Under the pieces are notes generated by a model. The model worked only from the letters and a program-made list of their open reading frames with translations, did not search any database and was not told the origin of the DNA. The position numbers and the translations under genes were made by a program. Of a stretch of DNA of 64,000 nt, positions 63,857 through 64,000 are shown in pieces. How positions within the stretch are numbered: the stretch's first letter is position 1; each line of letters opens with the position of its first letter. The DNA is from the human T2T-CHM13v2.0 reference genome, Homo sapiens. The stretch lies in assembly GCF_009914755.1 (NCBI RefSeq), contig NC_060947.1; one strand, written 5' to 3'.

Positions 63857-64000
63857 TGTGATGGTTAATACTGAGTGTCAACTTGATTGGATTGAGGGAT
63901 ACAAATTATTAATCCTGGGTGTGTCTCTGTGGGTGTTGCCAAAAGAGATTAACATTTGAGTTAGTGGGCTGGGAAAGGCAGACCCACCCTTAATCTGGTA
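63857..64000 (+). mobile_element. MLT2A/B-like LTR, 5' part (runs off the window)
   Basis: tgtgatggttaatactgagtgtcaacttgattggattga; same family as 52935-53841, opposite orientation. Confidence 0.85.

Overview
Primate (almost certainly human) AT-rich, repeat-dense intergenic or intronic DNA. I see no intact protein-coding gene, and no rRNA, tRNA or CRISPR array. The recognisable gene-derived features are two full-length, TSD-flanked processed pseudogenes on the minus strand: EIF4B (15873-19760) and RPL18A (22377-23014). Both are nested inside old L1 elements. Most of the rest is L1 (old L1M and young L1PA, two of them 5'-inverted), about 20 Alus, MaLR/ERV LTRs and DNA-transposon MITEs. The most unusual structures are: (i) a composite templated insertion inside a TA-rich array, made of a GC-rich foreign fragment plus a perfect 34-bp inverted copy of DNA 1 kb upstream; (ii) a probable L1 3' transduction of about 700 bp ending at an LTR polyA signal; (iii) a zero-spacer inverted Alu chimera with a junction micro-duplication. 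I find no evidence of a novel gene system; the interest lies in retrotransposition and DNA-repair footprints plus a few candidate regulatory motifs. Repeat subfamily names and boundaries are from eye and memory of consensus sequences and need RepeatMasker/Dfam confirmation. From memory, and unverified, an EIF4B retrocopy (EIF4BP7) lies on Xq23, which may be this locus.
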